The notes under the pieces: model-generated
What the model saw: the letters and a program-made list of their open reading frames with translations, nothing else
Database searches by the model: none
Told to the model about the DNA's origin: nothing
Source: an uncultured delta proteobacterium
GTDB taxonomy: Bacteria; Desulfobacterota; Binatia; UBA9968
Reading direction: 5' to 3'
DNA length: 64,000 bases
Assembly: GCA_963755715.1 (NCBI GenBank)
Contig: CAVWLW010000054.1
Span: forward strand, 1-64,000
Program-made: the position numbers and the translations under genes
In this document: one piece after another, positions 1-10,332 of the stretch
Position numbering within the stretch: position 1 is the first letter of the stretch
Layout of the letters: each line of letters begins with the position of its first letter

Positions 1-88
1 CTCACCACGACCACGGCAGCGATCACGGTCGCGAGCACCAGCGTGCCGGCGAACAGAAACGCGAGTCGTGCCCTAAGCGATGAAGCAT
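1..88 (-). CDS. 5' end of probable sensor histidine kinase (runs off window; apparent 1-nt frameshift near start)
   Basis: Directly downstream of an OmpR-type regulator; reads SLRARLAFLFAGTLVLATVIAAVVVV, a typical first TM helix of a sensor kinase. Confidence 0.5.
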
Positions 89-90
89 CG

Positions 91-768
91 TCAGCGACCT
101 TGTAGCCCACGCCCCAAACGGTGGCTACGGGGCAGTCGTCGCCGAGCTTGCGCCGGAGCTGGCGCACGTGAACGTCCACGGTGCGGGTGTCGCCCGCGAA
201 GGTGTATCCCCACACGCGCTCGAGCAGCTGGTCGCGCGTCAGCACGAGACCGCGGTGGTCGAGCAGCTCCCAGAGGAGGTCGAACTCCTTGGGTGCCAGC
301 TGAATCTGGGAGCCGGAGACGGTCACCTCGCGCCTGCCCGCGTCGATGCGAAGCTTGCCGTGCTCCATCGCCGCCTCTTGCGGCTTTCGCTGCGCCCCGG
401 TGGACCGGCGCAGGATCGACTTGATGCGCGCGACCAGCTCGCGCGGGTTGAACGGCTTGGTGAGGTAGTCGTCGGCGCCCGACCTCGAGCCCGACGATCT
501 TGTCGACGTCGTCGTCGCGCGCGGTCAGCATCAGGATCGGCACGTCGGACGACGAGCGGATCTGGCGGCACACCTCGAGCCCGTCGATATCCGGGAGCAT
601 CAGATCGAGGACGACGAGGTCGGGCTTCGTCGCGTCGGCCTTCTGGAGCGCCTCGGTCCCGTCGCGCGCGATCTCGACGTGGTAGCGGGCGTTCTTGAGG
701 TACATCGACACGAACGAGGCGATGTTCCGCTCGTCCTCGACCACAAGGATCTTCTCGGGCATAGGCAT
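91..768 (-). CDS. OmpR/PhoB-family response regulator (frameshift near 480)
   Basis: Receiver motifs ILVVEDE, DLVVLDLMLP, PILMLTARD; the winged-helix part (DTRTVDVHV, TVWGVGYK) continues in another frame. Confidence 0.85.
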   Translation of the reverse strand: MPMPEKILVVEDERNIASFVSMYLKNARYHVEIARDGTEALQKADATKPDLVVLDLMLPDIDGLEVCRQIRSSSDVPILMLTARDDDVDKIVGLEVGRRRLPHQAVQPARAGRAHQVDPAPVHRGAAKAARGGDGARQASHRRGQARGDRLRLPDSAGTQGVRPPLGAARPPRSRADARPAARARVGIHLRGRHPHRGRSRAPAPAQARRRLPRSHRLGRGLQGR

Positions 769-810
769 AGAGTACCGCGCTGGCTGGTCGGAGACCGGGT
801 TGAACGCGCT

Positions 811-1283
811 CAGAGTGGAGGAACTTCCCGCCCGACGGCCAGGTCTTGCGGCCGCCGCCGTTCAGGTGGTAGCCGCCCGACCCCTTGATGTAGAAGCCGC
901 CGCTCGCCACGACGCTCGCGCTCACCCCCGAGCCGCTCAGCGAGAGCCACCACACCGTGCTTGCCGAGAAGTAGATCGTGTTGTTGGCCTGGCAGACCGT
1001 GATGGTCTTGTCGCTCTCATCCTTGAAGCGCTTGTCGCAGCCGGTGAGCGACCAGTCCTGACGGCCGTTGTGGGACTTGTCCTGCACCTTGACGGTGCCG
1101 CTCGCGATGCTCCCCCACTCTGCGCCGTTGCCGTTGACGTTGAGGGTTCCCTTCCCTGTGGCGTCGAGCGATCCGCAGTTCGACCCGCACGAGTGCGCAA
1201 GAAGCGCCGGCGCCCCCAGCGCGACCTGTGGCGCGCCAGGCAACGAGCGCGCACATCGCCAAATTGCGAATCGACCGATGCAC
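811..1283 (-). CDS. Hypothetical, possibly secreted, Gly/Ser-rich protein (frameshifted)
   Basis: Signal-like N-terminus in ORF 1017..1283; protein-like beta-rich segment (GSLDATGKGTLNVNGNGAEWG...) in another frame; ends approximate. Confidence 0.4.
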
Positions 1284-1356
1284 TCATTGTCGGCGCAGCG
1301 CCAATTCCATCCAGAACCCGCCTGTAAGCCTTTTGTAAGGGCTTCAGCCTGTCTGG

Positions 1357-2886
1357 CTACTTTGCGACCTCGATCGCTCGCGACTCCCGGATCACCGTGA
1401 CCTTGATCTGGCCCGGGTACTCGAGCGACTCCTCGATCTCGCGGGCGATCTCGTGGCTGAGGAGCGCCGCCGCGTCGTCGTCGATGTCCTCGGGCTTCAC
1501 CATGACGCGCACCTCGCGGCCCGCCTGCATGGCGTAGCAGCGCTCGACCCCGGGCTTCGACGTCGCGATCCGCTCCAGCGCCTCGAGCCGCTTGATGTAG
1601 TGCTCGAGGCTCTCCCCGCGCCCGCCGGGACGGGACGCCGAGACGGCGTCGGCCGCGATCACGAGCACCGCCTCGACCGTCTGCGGCTCGACGTCGTAGT
1701 GGTGGGCCTCGATCGCATGGCACACGCTCGGGGATTCGCGGTACCGCTTCGCCATCTGGGCCGAGATCACCGCGTGCGGCCCCTCGACCTCGTGCGTCAC
1801 CGCCTTCCCGAGGTCGTGCAGCAGCGCGGCGCGGCGGGCCGTCTTCTGGCTGGCGCCGAGCTCGGCCGCCATGATCGATGCCAGGTGGGCGCACTCGATC
1901 GAGTGCTTGAGGACGTTCTGGCCGTAGCTCGTGCGGTAGTGCAGGCGTCCGAGCGTCTTCACGAGCTCCGGGTGGAGGCCGTGGACGTTCGCCTCGAAGC
2001 AGGCCTGCTCGCCCGCCTGGACGATCTGCTGCTCGATCTGGGCCTTGGACTGGTAGAAGGTCTCCTCGATCCGCGACGGATGGATCCGGCCGTCGGCGAT
2101 CAGCGTCTCGATCGTGAGGCGGGCGATCTCGCGGCGGACGCCGTCGAACGCCGACAGCACGACCGCCTGCGGCGTGTCGTCGATGATGATGTCGACGCCG
2201 GTCAGGTTCTCGAGCGCTCGGATGTTTCTGCCCTCACGGCCGATGATCCGGCCCTTCAGGTCATCGGAGGCGAGCTGCACAACCGACACGGTCGTCTCGG
2301 CGGTGTGGCCGGAGGCGGTGCGCTGGATGGCGACCGAGAGGATGTTCCGCGCCCGCTTGTCTGACTCGAGCCGGGCCTCCTCCTCGATGCGCCGCACGAG
2401 CTTCGCCATGTCGGCGCGGCACTCCTCCTCGACCTTCGTCATCAGGGCGTCGCGGCCCTGGGCGGCGGTCATGCCGGCCACCTTCTCGAGCTCCGCGACC
2501 TGGGCGTCGCGGGCGACCTTCAGCTCCTCCTGGAGCTGCTTGGCGTGGACCTCCCGGTCCGAGATCGACTGGTCTCGGCGGGCCAGATCCTCGAGCGTCG
2601 ACTCGAGCTGGCCCTGGTTCGCCGCGAGGCGCTCTTCGATCTTGATGATCTCGGCGCGGCGCTCGGCCAGGTCACGCTCCTGCTCGGTGCGCTGCGCGAG
2701 TAGCTCCTCGCGCGCCGTGACGCGCGCCTCTTTCACCTGGGCGTCAGCCTGGCGGCGGGCGTCTTCCAGGATCCGCTCGGCCTCTCGCTCGGCGTCGCCG
2801 ATACGGCCGCGGCGGCGGCCGTGCTCGAGCAGGACGCCGGCGCACGCTCCCCCGGCGAGGGCGAGCGCGATAAGCAACGGCTCCAT
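1357..2886 (-). CDS. rny: Ribonuclease Y
   Basis: N-terminal TM, coiled coil, KH motif [15 protein letters not shown] domain (LLHDLGKA), ISASRPG-type motif. Confidence 0.95.
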   Translation of the reverse strand: MEPLLIALALAGGACAGVLLEHGRRRGRIGDAEREAERILEDARRQADAQVKEARVTAREELLAQRTEQERDLAERRAEIIKIEERLAANQGQLESTLEDLARRDQSISDREVHAKQLQEELKVARDAQVAELEKVAGMTAAQGRDALMTKVEEECRADMAKLVRRIEEEARLESDKRARNILSVAIQRTASGHTAETTVSVVQLASDDLKGRIIGREGRNIRALENLTGVDIIIDDTPQAVVLSAFDGVRREIARLTIETLIADGRIHPSRIEETFYQSKAQIEQQIVQAGEQACFEANVHGLHPELVKTLGRLHYRTSYGQNVLKHSIECAHLASIMAAELGASQKTARRAALLHDLGKAVTHEVEGPHAVISAQMAKRYRESPSVCHAIEAHHYDVEPQTVEAVLVIAADAVSASRPGGRGESLEHYIKRLEALERIATSKPGVERCYAMQAGREVRVMVKPEDIDDDAAALLSHEIAREIEESLEYPGQIKVTVIRESRAIEVAK

Positions 2887-3141
2887 CGCGTCTCCTTATG
2901 TACGTGCCGCCCGCTGGCGGCGGGGATCAGATCAGTCTGCCGACCCGGCCGCCGCCGTCCACCGGGGCGTGCCGAGGCTCGCGCCGCCTCCGCAGGCAGC
3001 GAAAGTTGAGCGCGAGCTGATCGAAGACGCGTACCGGTACATGCAACCCACCCTTGAGCAGGAGAAAGAACGACGACGCCGGCGAGGCCGGACTCGTGCT
3101 GGATCGTAGTCGAGCGGCGTCCGCTGCGGCAACGAGGGCGG

Positions 3142-3756
3142 TCAGTCCAGGGCCTGACGGCCGACGGCCGCTGCGACCGCCTCGGCGTCGAAGCCGCGCC
3201 GCGCGAGGAAGCCCGCCGCCCGCCGGGCGGTGGGATCGTCGTAGGGCGGCGGGCCGAATCGCTGCCGGGCGATGCGCTCGGCCTGGGGCCGCTCGTCGTC
3301 GGGAAGCGTCCCCAGCGCGGCCGCGGCCGCCGGCTCGTCGACAGCCAGCCGGACGAGATCGTGCGCTGTGCGGAGACGGCCATAGCCCTGCTCGCGGCGC
3401 GACTCGGTCACCGCCGCTGCGAGGCGGCGGTCGTCCACCTGTCCGAGGTCGGCCAGGCGTTCGAGGACACCGGCCGCGGTGACCTCGTCGACCCCCCAGC
3501 CGGCCATTCGGGTCCTGAGCTCGGCCTCCGAGCGCGGCCGTCGGGCGATCAGCCCCAGCGCGCGCCGCTCGGCCGCGTCGGCCGCGGCCGCCCGGCGCAG
3601 GGCGTCGACGCCGGGCCCGCCGAGCGTCGCGCCCGGCGTGAGCCGATGCTCGGCGATCCGGCGATCGTGGACGCGCAGGACGTCTCCCGAGTCGAGGACG
3701 ACGTCCACGACGCTGTCACCCGGCCGGCGTCGCCGGATCGCGGTCACGTGCACCAC
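3142..3756 (-). CDS. recX: Regulatory protein RecX
   Basis: [32 protein letters not shown] motifs; directly downstream of recA. Confidence 0.85.
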   Translation of the reverse strand: MVHVTAIRRRRPGDSVVDVVLDSGDVLRVHDRRIAEHRLTPGATLGGPGVDALRRAAAADAAERRALGLIARRPRSEAELRTRMAGWGVDEVTAAGVLERLADLGQVDDRRLAAAVTESRREQGYGRLRTAHDLVRLAVDEPAAAAALGTLPDDERPQAERIARQRFGPPPYDDPTARRAAGFLARRGFDAEAVAAAVGRQALD

Positions 3757-3766
3757 GGCGCAGCGC

Positions 3767-4863
3767 CTACTCGACGGACGAGAGCGAGGCGCCGTTCGCC
3801 GACGCCGCCTCAGCGGACGGTGCGTCCGTCTCGGCGACCGGCATTTGACCGGGGGTTCCGGCATGGCCACCCGCTTGGGGATGACGGCGTCGGGCAGTGC
3901 CTCCTGGATCGCGTCGAGCACCTTGTCGGTGACGTCCGGGTGCTCGACCATGAACGCCTTGACGTTGGTCCGGCCCTGGCCGAGCCGCTCGTCGCCGAAG
4001 GAGAAGTACGAGCCCGACTTCTGCACCACCTTGTAATCGAGGCGACGTCGGCCCGACCCCTCCCACGAGATGCCCTCGCCGTAGGCGATGTCGAACTCCG
4101 CCTGCTTGAACGGCGGCGCCACCTTGTTCTTGACCACCTTCACCCGCACGCGGTTCCCGACCGCCTCGGTGCCCTCCTTGAGGGTCTCGATGCGGCGGAT
4201 GTCGAGCCGGACAGGGGAGTAGAACTTGAGCGCGCGGCCGCCGGGGGTCGTCTTCGGGCGAGCCGAACATGACGCCGATCTTCTCGCGCCACTGGTTCGT
4301 GAAGATGCAGATCGTCCCCGTGCGGTTGAGCGTCCCCGGCGATCTTGCGGAGCGCCTGGCTCATGAGGCGCGCCTGGAGGCCGACGTGGGAGTCGCCCAT
4401 CTCACCCTCGATCTCGGCCCGCGGCACGAGCGCCGCGACGGAGTCGATCACGAGCACGTCGAGCGCGCCCGAGCGGATGAGGAGCTCGGAGATCTCGAGC
4501 GCCTGCTCGCCGTTGTCGGGCTGGGAGAGGAGCAGGTCGTCGACGTTCACGCCGATGTGGCGGGCGTAGACCGGGTCCATCGCGTGCTCGGCGTCGATGA
4601 AGGCGGCGAGGCCTCCCTTGCGCTGGGCCTCGGCGATGACGTGGTAGCAGAGCGTGGTCTTGCCCGACGACTCCGGCCCGAACACCTCACGACGCGGCCG
4701 CGGGGCAGTCCCCCAATCCCCAAGGCCACGTCGAGCGACAGCGCCCCCGTTGAGACGACGTCGACGCCGATGGCGCGTGGTCGCCCATCTTCATGATCGC
4801 GCCCTTGCCGAACTGGCGCTCGATCTGGCTGACGGCCGCTTCCAGGGCCTGGTCTCGCTCCAT
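3767..4863 (-). CDS. recA: Recombinase RecA (several frameshifts)
   Basis: [46 protein letters not shown] and [12 protein letters not shown] spread over several frames. Confidence 0.95.
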
Positions 4864-5007
4864 GTCCACTCCTCGATCGCGTAGGACGCCCCGAGGGGCG
4901 CGTCCATCCGTATTGTCGCAGTCGGCGCCGACGGCGCCGATCAACCCGAACACACGTTCGTCGGGGGATCGTAGAGCGGCCGTCGGACGACGGCAAGGGG
5001 CTCGGCG

Positions 5008-6030
5008 TCAGGAATGCGTGACGAGATGCGCGCGCAGGAGCTGCAATGCGGCCGTCGCGGCCCGGCCCCGCACGGCCTCGCGCGACCCCGGGATGTCCAT
5101 GCGCCGCGCGTCGTCGCCGGCGGGCGACGACACGTGCAGGTAGACGAGCCCGACCGGCTTCTCCTCCGTGCCGCCTCCGGGCCCTGCGATGCCCGTGACG
5201 GCGACGGCCGCGTCGGCCCCGAGGCGCGCCCGGGCTCCCGCCGCCATCGCCGCGGCCGTCTCGGCGCTCACGGCGCCGTGCTCCTCGAGGATGCCCTCGG
5301 GGACTCCCAGGAGATCGCGCTTGAGCGGGTTCGAATAGGCGACCACGCCCCCGGTGAACGCCGCCGAGCTCCCGGCGATGTCGGTGAGCGCGGCGGCGAC
5401 CATCCCGCCGGTGCACGACTCGGCCGTCGCCCCCGTCCATCCCCGCGCCCCGAGCAGGTCGAGCACGATCTCGGCCAGCGGCCGCTCGTCGGTCGAAAAC
5501 AGGTGGTCTCCGAGCTCGGCGCGCATCGTCCCTGCGAGCGCCTCTCCGGCGGCTTCGTGGCCCGGATCGGAGCGGATGTCGATCTCGATCTCGAAGCTTC
5601 GCGCGCAGATCGACGTCTCGACGCCCGGCGGGTCGCCCCCGGCCGTGCGGTGGATGTCGGCGACGTGCGACTCGCCGATGCCGTAGGTGCGCATGAGCCA
5701 GCGGGCCCGGGGCTCGGCGGCCGCGAAGACGTCGGTCAGCGCCCTGTGCTCGGGCGCGTCCTCCACAGCCGGCGGAGCTCGGACGGCACTCCCGGCAGGA
5801 CGACCACGACCGACCCGTCGACGGGCAGGATGAGGCCGGGGGTGTCGGCCATTCCCAGTACGGACGCCCCCACGGGCACGTGGGCCGTTTGCGGTTCCCG
5901 GCGTCGAAGCCGGCCCGGTCGAGGCCGTAGCGGACGGCGACCTGGTCGGTCCAGCGGTCGATCCGCTCGAGCACGTCCGGGTCGAGCACGAGCTCCACGC
6001 CGGCGACTTGCGCGAGGGCTTCGACGGTAC
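5008..6030 (-). CDS. cinA: CinA/PncC competence-damage protein, 5'-truncated at a sequence junction and frameshifted
   Basis: ATAESCTGG, HGAVSAETA, TGIAGPGGGT, LPGVPSEL; typical position upstream of recA; homology stops at TVEALA near 6030. Confidence 0.85.
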   Translation of the reverse strand, partial: VPSKPSRKSPAWSSCSTRTCSSGSTAGPTRSPSATASTGPASTPGTANGPRARGGVRTGNGRHPRPHPARRRVGRGRPAGSAVRAPPAVEDAPEHRALTDVFAAAEPRARWLMRTYGIGESHVADIHRTAGGDPPGVETSICARSFEIEIDIRSDPGHEAAGEALAGTMRAELGDHLFSTDERPLAEIVLDLLGARGWTGATAESCTGGMVAAALTDIAGSSAAFTGGVVAYSNPLKRDLLGVPEGILEEHGAVSAETAAAMAAGARARLGADAAVAVTGIAGPGGGTEEKPVGLVYLHVSSPAGDDARRMDIPGSREAVRGRAATAALQLLRAHLVTHS

Positions 6031-6067
6031 CGGGCCGCGCGCGCGGATCGCGTGACAGACTGCGCGC

Positions 6068-6662
6068 ATGCGCAGCAAGACGTCCGACACCGGGCCGGCG
6101 GGAGACCTTCGGCGGGCCATCGACCACACCGGCTACTACCCCGAAGTGGTCTCCGACGGGGTGTTCTCCGCGGTGGGTGGTGAGGAGATGCTCGCGTTCT
6201 ACCTGCACCACGAGCCGACCTTCGACCGCGACGAGGTGCGACGCCACCTGACCGTGGCCGTGCTGAGCGCCCTCGCGGCTCATCCTGGCGCACACCGATG
6301 AGCACCCCGGCGACGACCTGCTGCCCGATCCCTACACCTCGACCTCCACCGAGGCGGTCTCCCTCGGCCGCGATCCGTTCGGTCGTGGTCACGCGGATGA
6401 TCGCGCAACCCGACGTCGGGCCCGTCCTCGGAGCCCCGCGACGAGGCCGTGGTGACGGTCGGCTGGGGCGGCGTGGGCCGTATCGACCTCGAAGCCGGCC
6501 GGCTGCTCGGACCCCGAGTGCGACGCCGACCACGGCTACACCGGCGTCGTGGCCGGCGACGACTTCTCGCTCCGCGTCTCGGCCGCTGCCGACGGCGGCG
6601 AGGCGGTGGGCCGTTTGCTGGGCTTCGCCGAGGCCTTGTCGTCGCTGACCCGCGGCGCGTGA
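6068..6662 (+). CDS. DUF5998-like actinobacterial protein (frameshifted)
   Basis: LRRAIDHTGYYPEVV, HHEPTFDRDEVRRHLTV, TVGWGGVGRIDLE, DHGYTG motifs. Confidence 0.7.
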
Positions 6663-7190
6663 GCGACTGGCCCCCTGCCGGCCTACGGCGAACGCTCGCT
6701 GGGCGACGTCGTGCCGGCGATCGCGCGCGCCCTGGGCGTCGACGCCTCGGCCGGCGAACCAACTGGGGGCTGGTGCCGCTACCAAGGACGCTGCCGGCGT
6801 ACGTCGTCTTCCTCGATCGACGGCCTGGGCTCGGAGCTGCTCCAGCGTCTTACGCCCACGCCGCGCCCCCTTCCTCTCGTCGCTGGGTCCAGAGGCGGAT
6901 CGATCGGCACCGCCGGCGTGCCGTCGACGACCGCGACGAGGCCTGACGTCCTTCGGCACCGGCCTGGCGTCCCCGGCTGGCCCACGGGCTGATCGGCTTC
7001 ACCGCGCGCATCCCGGGCACGAACCGGCTGATCAACCACCTGTCGTGGGACAAGCAGGTCGATCCGCTCGAGTGGCAGCCCCACACCACCGCCTTCGCCC
7101 GGCTCAGCGCCGCCGGGGTGCACATTGTTTCGGTCGTCAACGAGCGCGAGTTCGGTGGGTCGGGACTGACCGTCGCCGCGCACTCCGGCG
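6659..7190 (+). CDS. Alkaline phosphatase/nucleotide pyrophosphatase family protein, 3'-truncated and frameshifted
   Basis: IDGLGSELL, VPSTTAT, HGLIGF, GSGLTVAA segments; overlaps the DUF5998 stop as in actinomycete operons. Confidence 0.65.
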
Positions 7191-7473
7191 CAAGCCGCAT
7201 ATGCTCGAGCAACGCGGCGAATTTAGGGCCGACCGATTTTCGGTCCTGGGCCTTGAAGTCATATTCCTCGAGAAATATTCTTACGTCCGCCCGCACGATT
7301 TGCGCGGTCGTGCGCCATTCCCGATCGAGGATCTGATTGATCAGATAATTGGAGACGATAAACCACAGGGCGACCGTCATGATGCTGATGCAAACGAGAC
7401 TGTGGAGGGCAAACCGGGTGGTGAGACTTGCGTTAGAATATACGGACTTGAGCGCGAGCTTGCCGAGATTCAT
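7185..7473 (-). CDS. N-terminal fragment of a membrane sensor (histidine kinase-like), truncated at the junction
   Basis: SLTTRFALHSLVCISIMTVALWFIV TM followed by a periplasmic segment; the frame runs into GC-rich foreign DNA near 7190. Confidence 0.5.
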
Positions 7474-7576
7474 GAGACCTCGTTACCGTCGCAAAATTCT
7501 TTCAAGACCGAGAGCCACTCGTCTACGGGCGCGAAGGCACCTGGCACAACTGACGCTCATTTACCTTTACCTCGGA

Positions 7577-8614
7577 TCAGAACCGAGTCGAGTGCGACTT
7601 GCCACCCTCCGCCAACCGCATCACCGCATCGACAATCTGATCGACATCGGGAATCATCGCATCCACCAGCGGCGGGCTGTGCGGCGGCGGGATCGGCTGC
7701 GCGGCGATGCGCACGACCGGCCCTTTCAGATCCGAGAAGAGGTTTTCTTGAATCATCGCGGCGATCTCCGCCGACAAGCCGCCGATCAGCGGTCCTTCGT
7801 CGAGTACGATGGCGCGCCTGGTTTTTGCGACGGACTTAAGAATGGTTTCTTTGTCCAAAGGCGCGAGCGAGCGCAAATCGACGATCTCGACATCAATGCC
7901 TTTTTCTTTAAGCTGCTCCGCCGCGGCATCGGCTTTTAACACCATACCACCACAGGTAACGATCGTCAGGTCCTTTCCTTTACGCCGCACCGCGGCGACG
8001 CCGATCGGCACAGTATAATCTCCTTCCGGCACCGGGCCACGTTGGCCGTAGAGATGATGACTCTCGAAACATAACACAGGGTTCGGATCGCGGATCGCCG
8101 CAAGCAGCAATCCCTTGGCATCCGCCGGCGTCGTCGGCATAATAATTTTCAAGCCGGGAAAATGAATGAACGCCCCGTGGTTGCAGCTCGAGTGGCTCGG
8201 ACCGCCGCCCGCTCGCGTCGCAAACTTGTTGCGCACGACCATAGGAACATTCACCCGGCCGCCGGTCATATAATGGTAACGGGCCGCATGGCTGGCAAGC
8301 TGATCCATCGCCAACGGTAAAAGATCGGCGAACTGGATTTCCACCACCGGTCGCATGCCGTTGATCGCCGCGCCGACCGCCAAACCCACCAGCGCCGACT
8401 CCGAGATCGGCGTATCCAAGACTCGACTCTCGCCGAACTCCTGCAACAGGCCGCGGGTGACGCCATAAGCGCCGCCGAAAAGGGCGACGTCCTCGCCCAT
8501 GACAAAGACACGGCTATCGCGCGCCATTTCATAGCGCAGCGCCTCGCGCAGCGCTTCCTGTACGCGCATCTCCTTCACCGTGCCCTGCGACTCCGTCGTC
8601 ATCGGTTTACCCAT
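7577..8614 (-). CDS. 2-oxoacid/acetoin dehydrogenase E1 beta subunit
   Basis: GEDV, DTPISE, RPVVEIQFAD, VDLRSLAPLD motifs. Confidence 0.92.
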   Translation of the reverse strand: MGKPMTTESQGTVKEMRVQEALREALRYEMARDSRVFVMGEDVALFGGAYGVTRGLLQEFGESRVLDTPISESALVGLAVGAAINGMRPVVEIQFADLLPLAMDQLASHAARYHYMTGGRVNVPMVVRNKFATRAGGGPSHSSCNHGAFIHFPGLKIIMPTTPADAKGLLLAAIRDPNPVLCFESHHLYGQRGPVPEGDYTVPIGVAAVRRKGKDLTIVTCGGMVLKADAAAEQLKEKGIDVEIVDLRSLAPLDKETILKSVAKTRRAIVLDEGPLIGGLSAEIAAMIQENLFSDLKGPVVRIAAQPIPPPHSPPLVDAMIPDVDQIVDAVMRLAEGGKSHSTRF

Positions 8615-9587
8615 CGGCTACCTCCGCGCTTGCATAGATGCTCGTAAGATCCACCTCTTTTTTCGGCAGTGGTGCCGCCTCCGCGCGCTTGGCCACCTCA
8701 TCCAGTTCGGCATAAACCACATCGTTCATTTTTTGAAATTCCTGCGCCGTCAGTAGCCCCTCCTGAATGAGTTTCTCGCTCAGCCGTTTGATCGGACATT
8801 TTTGCTTCCACGACTCGATCTCCTCTTTGGAGCGATAACCCGTGCCAGGGTCGCCGCCAAAGTGGCCGTCCCACCGATAAGTGATGCATTCGAGAAACGT
8901 CGCGCCGCCGCCCCTGCGTGCTTTGGCGGCCGCGGCCTGCGCCGCGTCGTAAACTGTTTCAACATCGTTGCCATCGATGGTTTTCCCCTCGAAGCCATAG
9001 GCCGCGGCGCGGTCCGACAAATGTTTGATTGCAACACTTTTTTCCAAGCTCACGGTCATCGCGTACTGATTGTTCTCGCAGACGTAAATTACCGGCAGCT
9101 TCCACACGCCGGCAAGATTCATCGCCTCGTGCACGACCCCTTGGTTGGCCGCGCCGTCCCCGAAAAAACTTATCACGACTTCGCTCGAGCCACGGACTTT
9201 GGCAGCGAGCGCCGCACCGGTCGCGGTCGGGACGGTGCCGCCGACGGTGCCGGTGTTGCCGAGGAAGCCGAAGCTCATATCGCCCATGTGCATCTTGCCG
9301 CCTCGGCCTTTGGAATAACCGTCGGCGCGTCCCATACACTCGCAGAGAAGCGTATACAAATCGGCGCCCTTGGCGATCAAATGACCCGTGCCGCGGTGAT
9401 AGCTGGCGATAGCGTCGGTACTCTCGAGCGCCGAACAAACTCCCACAGCGATGGCCTCCTGGCCGCGATAGGAATGGGTGCTGCCGAACATCGCTTTTCT
9501 CTGGTAAAGCTCTTCGAGTTTCTCCTCGAACGCGCGCACCAGAATCATCTGGCGCAACATGTCTTTTCGCTTTTGCGTGTCCAGCAT
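8607..9587 (-). CDS. 2-oxoacid/acetoin dehydrogenase E1 alpha subunit (TPP-dependent)
   Basis: GQEAIAVG, GDGAANQG...ENNQY TPP-binding motif, TYRWDGH. Confidence 0.92.
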   Translation of the reverse strand: MLDTQKRKDMLRQMILVRAFEEKLEELYQRKAMFGSTHSYRGQEAIAVGVCSALESTDAIASYHRGTGHLIAKGADLYTLLCECMGRADGYSKGRGGKMHMGDMSFGFLGNTGTVGGTVPTATGAALAAKVRGSSEVVISFFGDGAANQGVVHEAMNLAGVWKLPVIYVCENNQYAMTVSLEKSVAIKHLSDRAAAYGFEGKTIDGNDVETVYDAAQAAAAKARRGGGATFLECITYRWDGHFGGDPGTGYRSKEEIESWKQKCPIKRLSEKLIQEGLLTAQEFQKMNDVVYAELDEVAKRAEAAPLPKKEVDLTSIYASAEVADG

Positions 9588-9885
9588 CGAAGCCTCCCTT
9601 TAACCGCAGATTGACAACAGTCGCTGCAAGCCCCGGTTTCTAGTTATTTGGCGGAAGCTAACGTTGTCAAGGCGATGGGTGGGTAGGGTGACGTCGAATC
9701 CTCAGTGCGTGATGAGACGAAGGATTGTTGGATCAGATCAAGGATGATGAGAAATTCCGCAGCAGATTCGAAAGGCGGCCAGAGCGCAGATCAATCGGTG
9801 GTCTTGGGATAAATCTTACAGAAATTTGCGAAAAAATAGTTCCTTTGCCACCAGTATTCACCATTGCCTGACGGATGACGAGACC

Positions 9886-9913
9886 AAAAAAACGCCGGGC
9901 ATTAAGCCCGGCG
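9886..9913 (-). terminator. Intrinsic terminator
   Basis: CGCCGGGC-ttaat-GCCCGGCG stem followed by a T7 tract on the minus strand. Confidence 0.75.
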
Positions 9914-9998
9914 CCATTTTGGACCGATGTAAGTCTCGTTGAATTAACTATGGACCAAATCGAATTATTTTACCTCGTGGTTACACCGAAGAGCTAAC

Positions 9999-10014
9999 AG
10001 CAAGAGTAATGCCG
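9999..10014 (-). promoter_or_regulatory. Sigma54 -24/-12 promoter
   Basis: Minus strand CGGCATTACTCTTGCT (GG-N10-GC) with an AT-rich upstream region. Confidence 0.55.
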
Positions 10015-10332
10015 ATTTGTAAGATTGCGAGATTCAAAACAAAAATTTTTCTCTATAAAAGAAAGAAGTGTAAGATCAACTGACACTTTCAAGTAGTCCT
10101 CACGTAACTTGATAAAACCTGGAATTGATGAACGATATTGTTCCGATCATTGTCAGCATTACTTACAAGCATTCCGCAACAGTTAGTCCTGAATTTCTTA
10201 CTTTTTCGTACTGCTAACGAAATCAACTCTAGCGGGTGGGTTTCTATAAACAGCCTGAGATCCGCATAGGATAGAACCTCACAGCGAGCGAAGTTCAATA
10301 CCGATTTTTTCGATCGCAGGATTGCGATAGAG

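Noticed and set aside
3142-4149. RecA-RecX fusion protein suggested by the 335-aa ORF
   Set aside because: It arises from a frameshift near the recA 3' end; recA has its own stop at 3767 and recX a GTG start at 3756.
3767-4863. Frameshifts in recA (also bioD, the response regulator and the hydrolase) as programmed recoding or true pseudogenes
   Set aside because: Scattered single-base indels in conserved genes fit sequencing error better; the same caveat applies to some SBP frameshifts.
80-7200. Many long overlapping Arg/Pro/Ala-rich ORFs in the ORF track
   Set aside because: These are shadow frames of GC-rich genes with no recognisable motifs.
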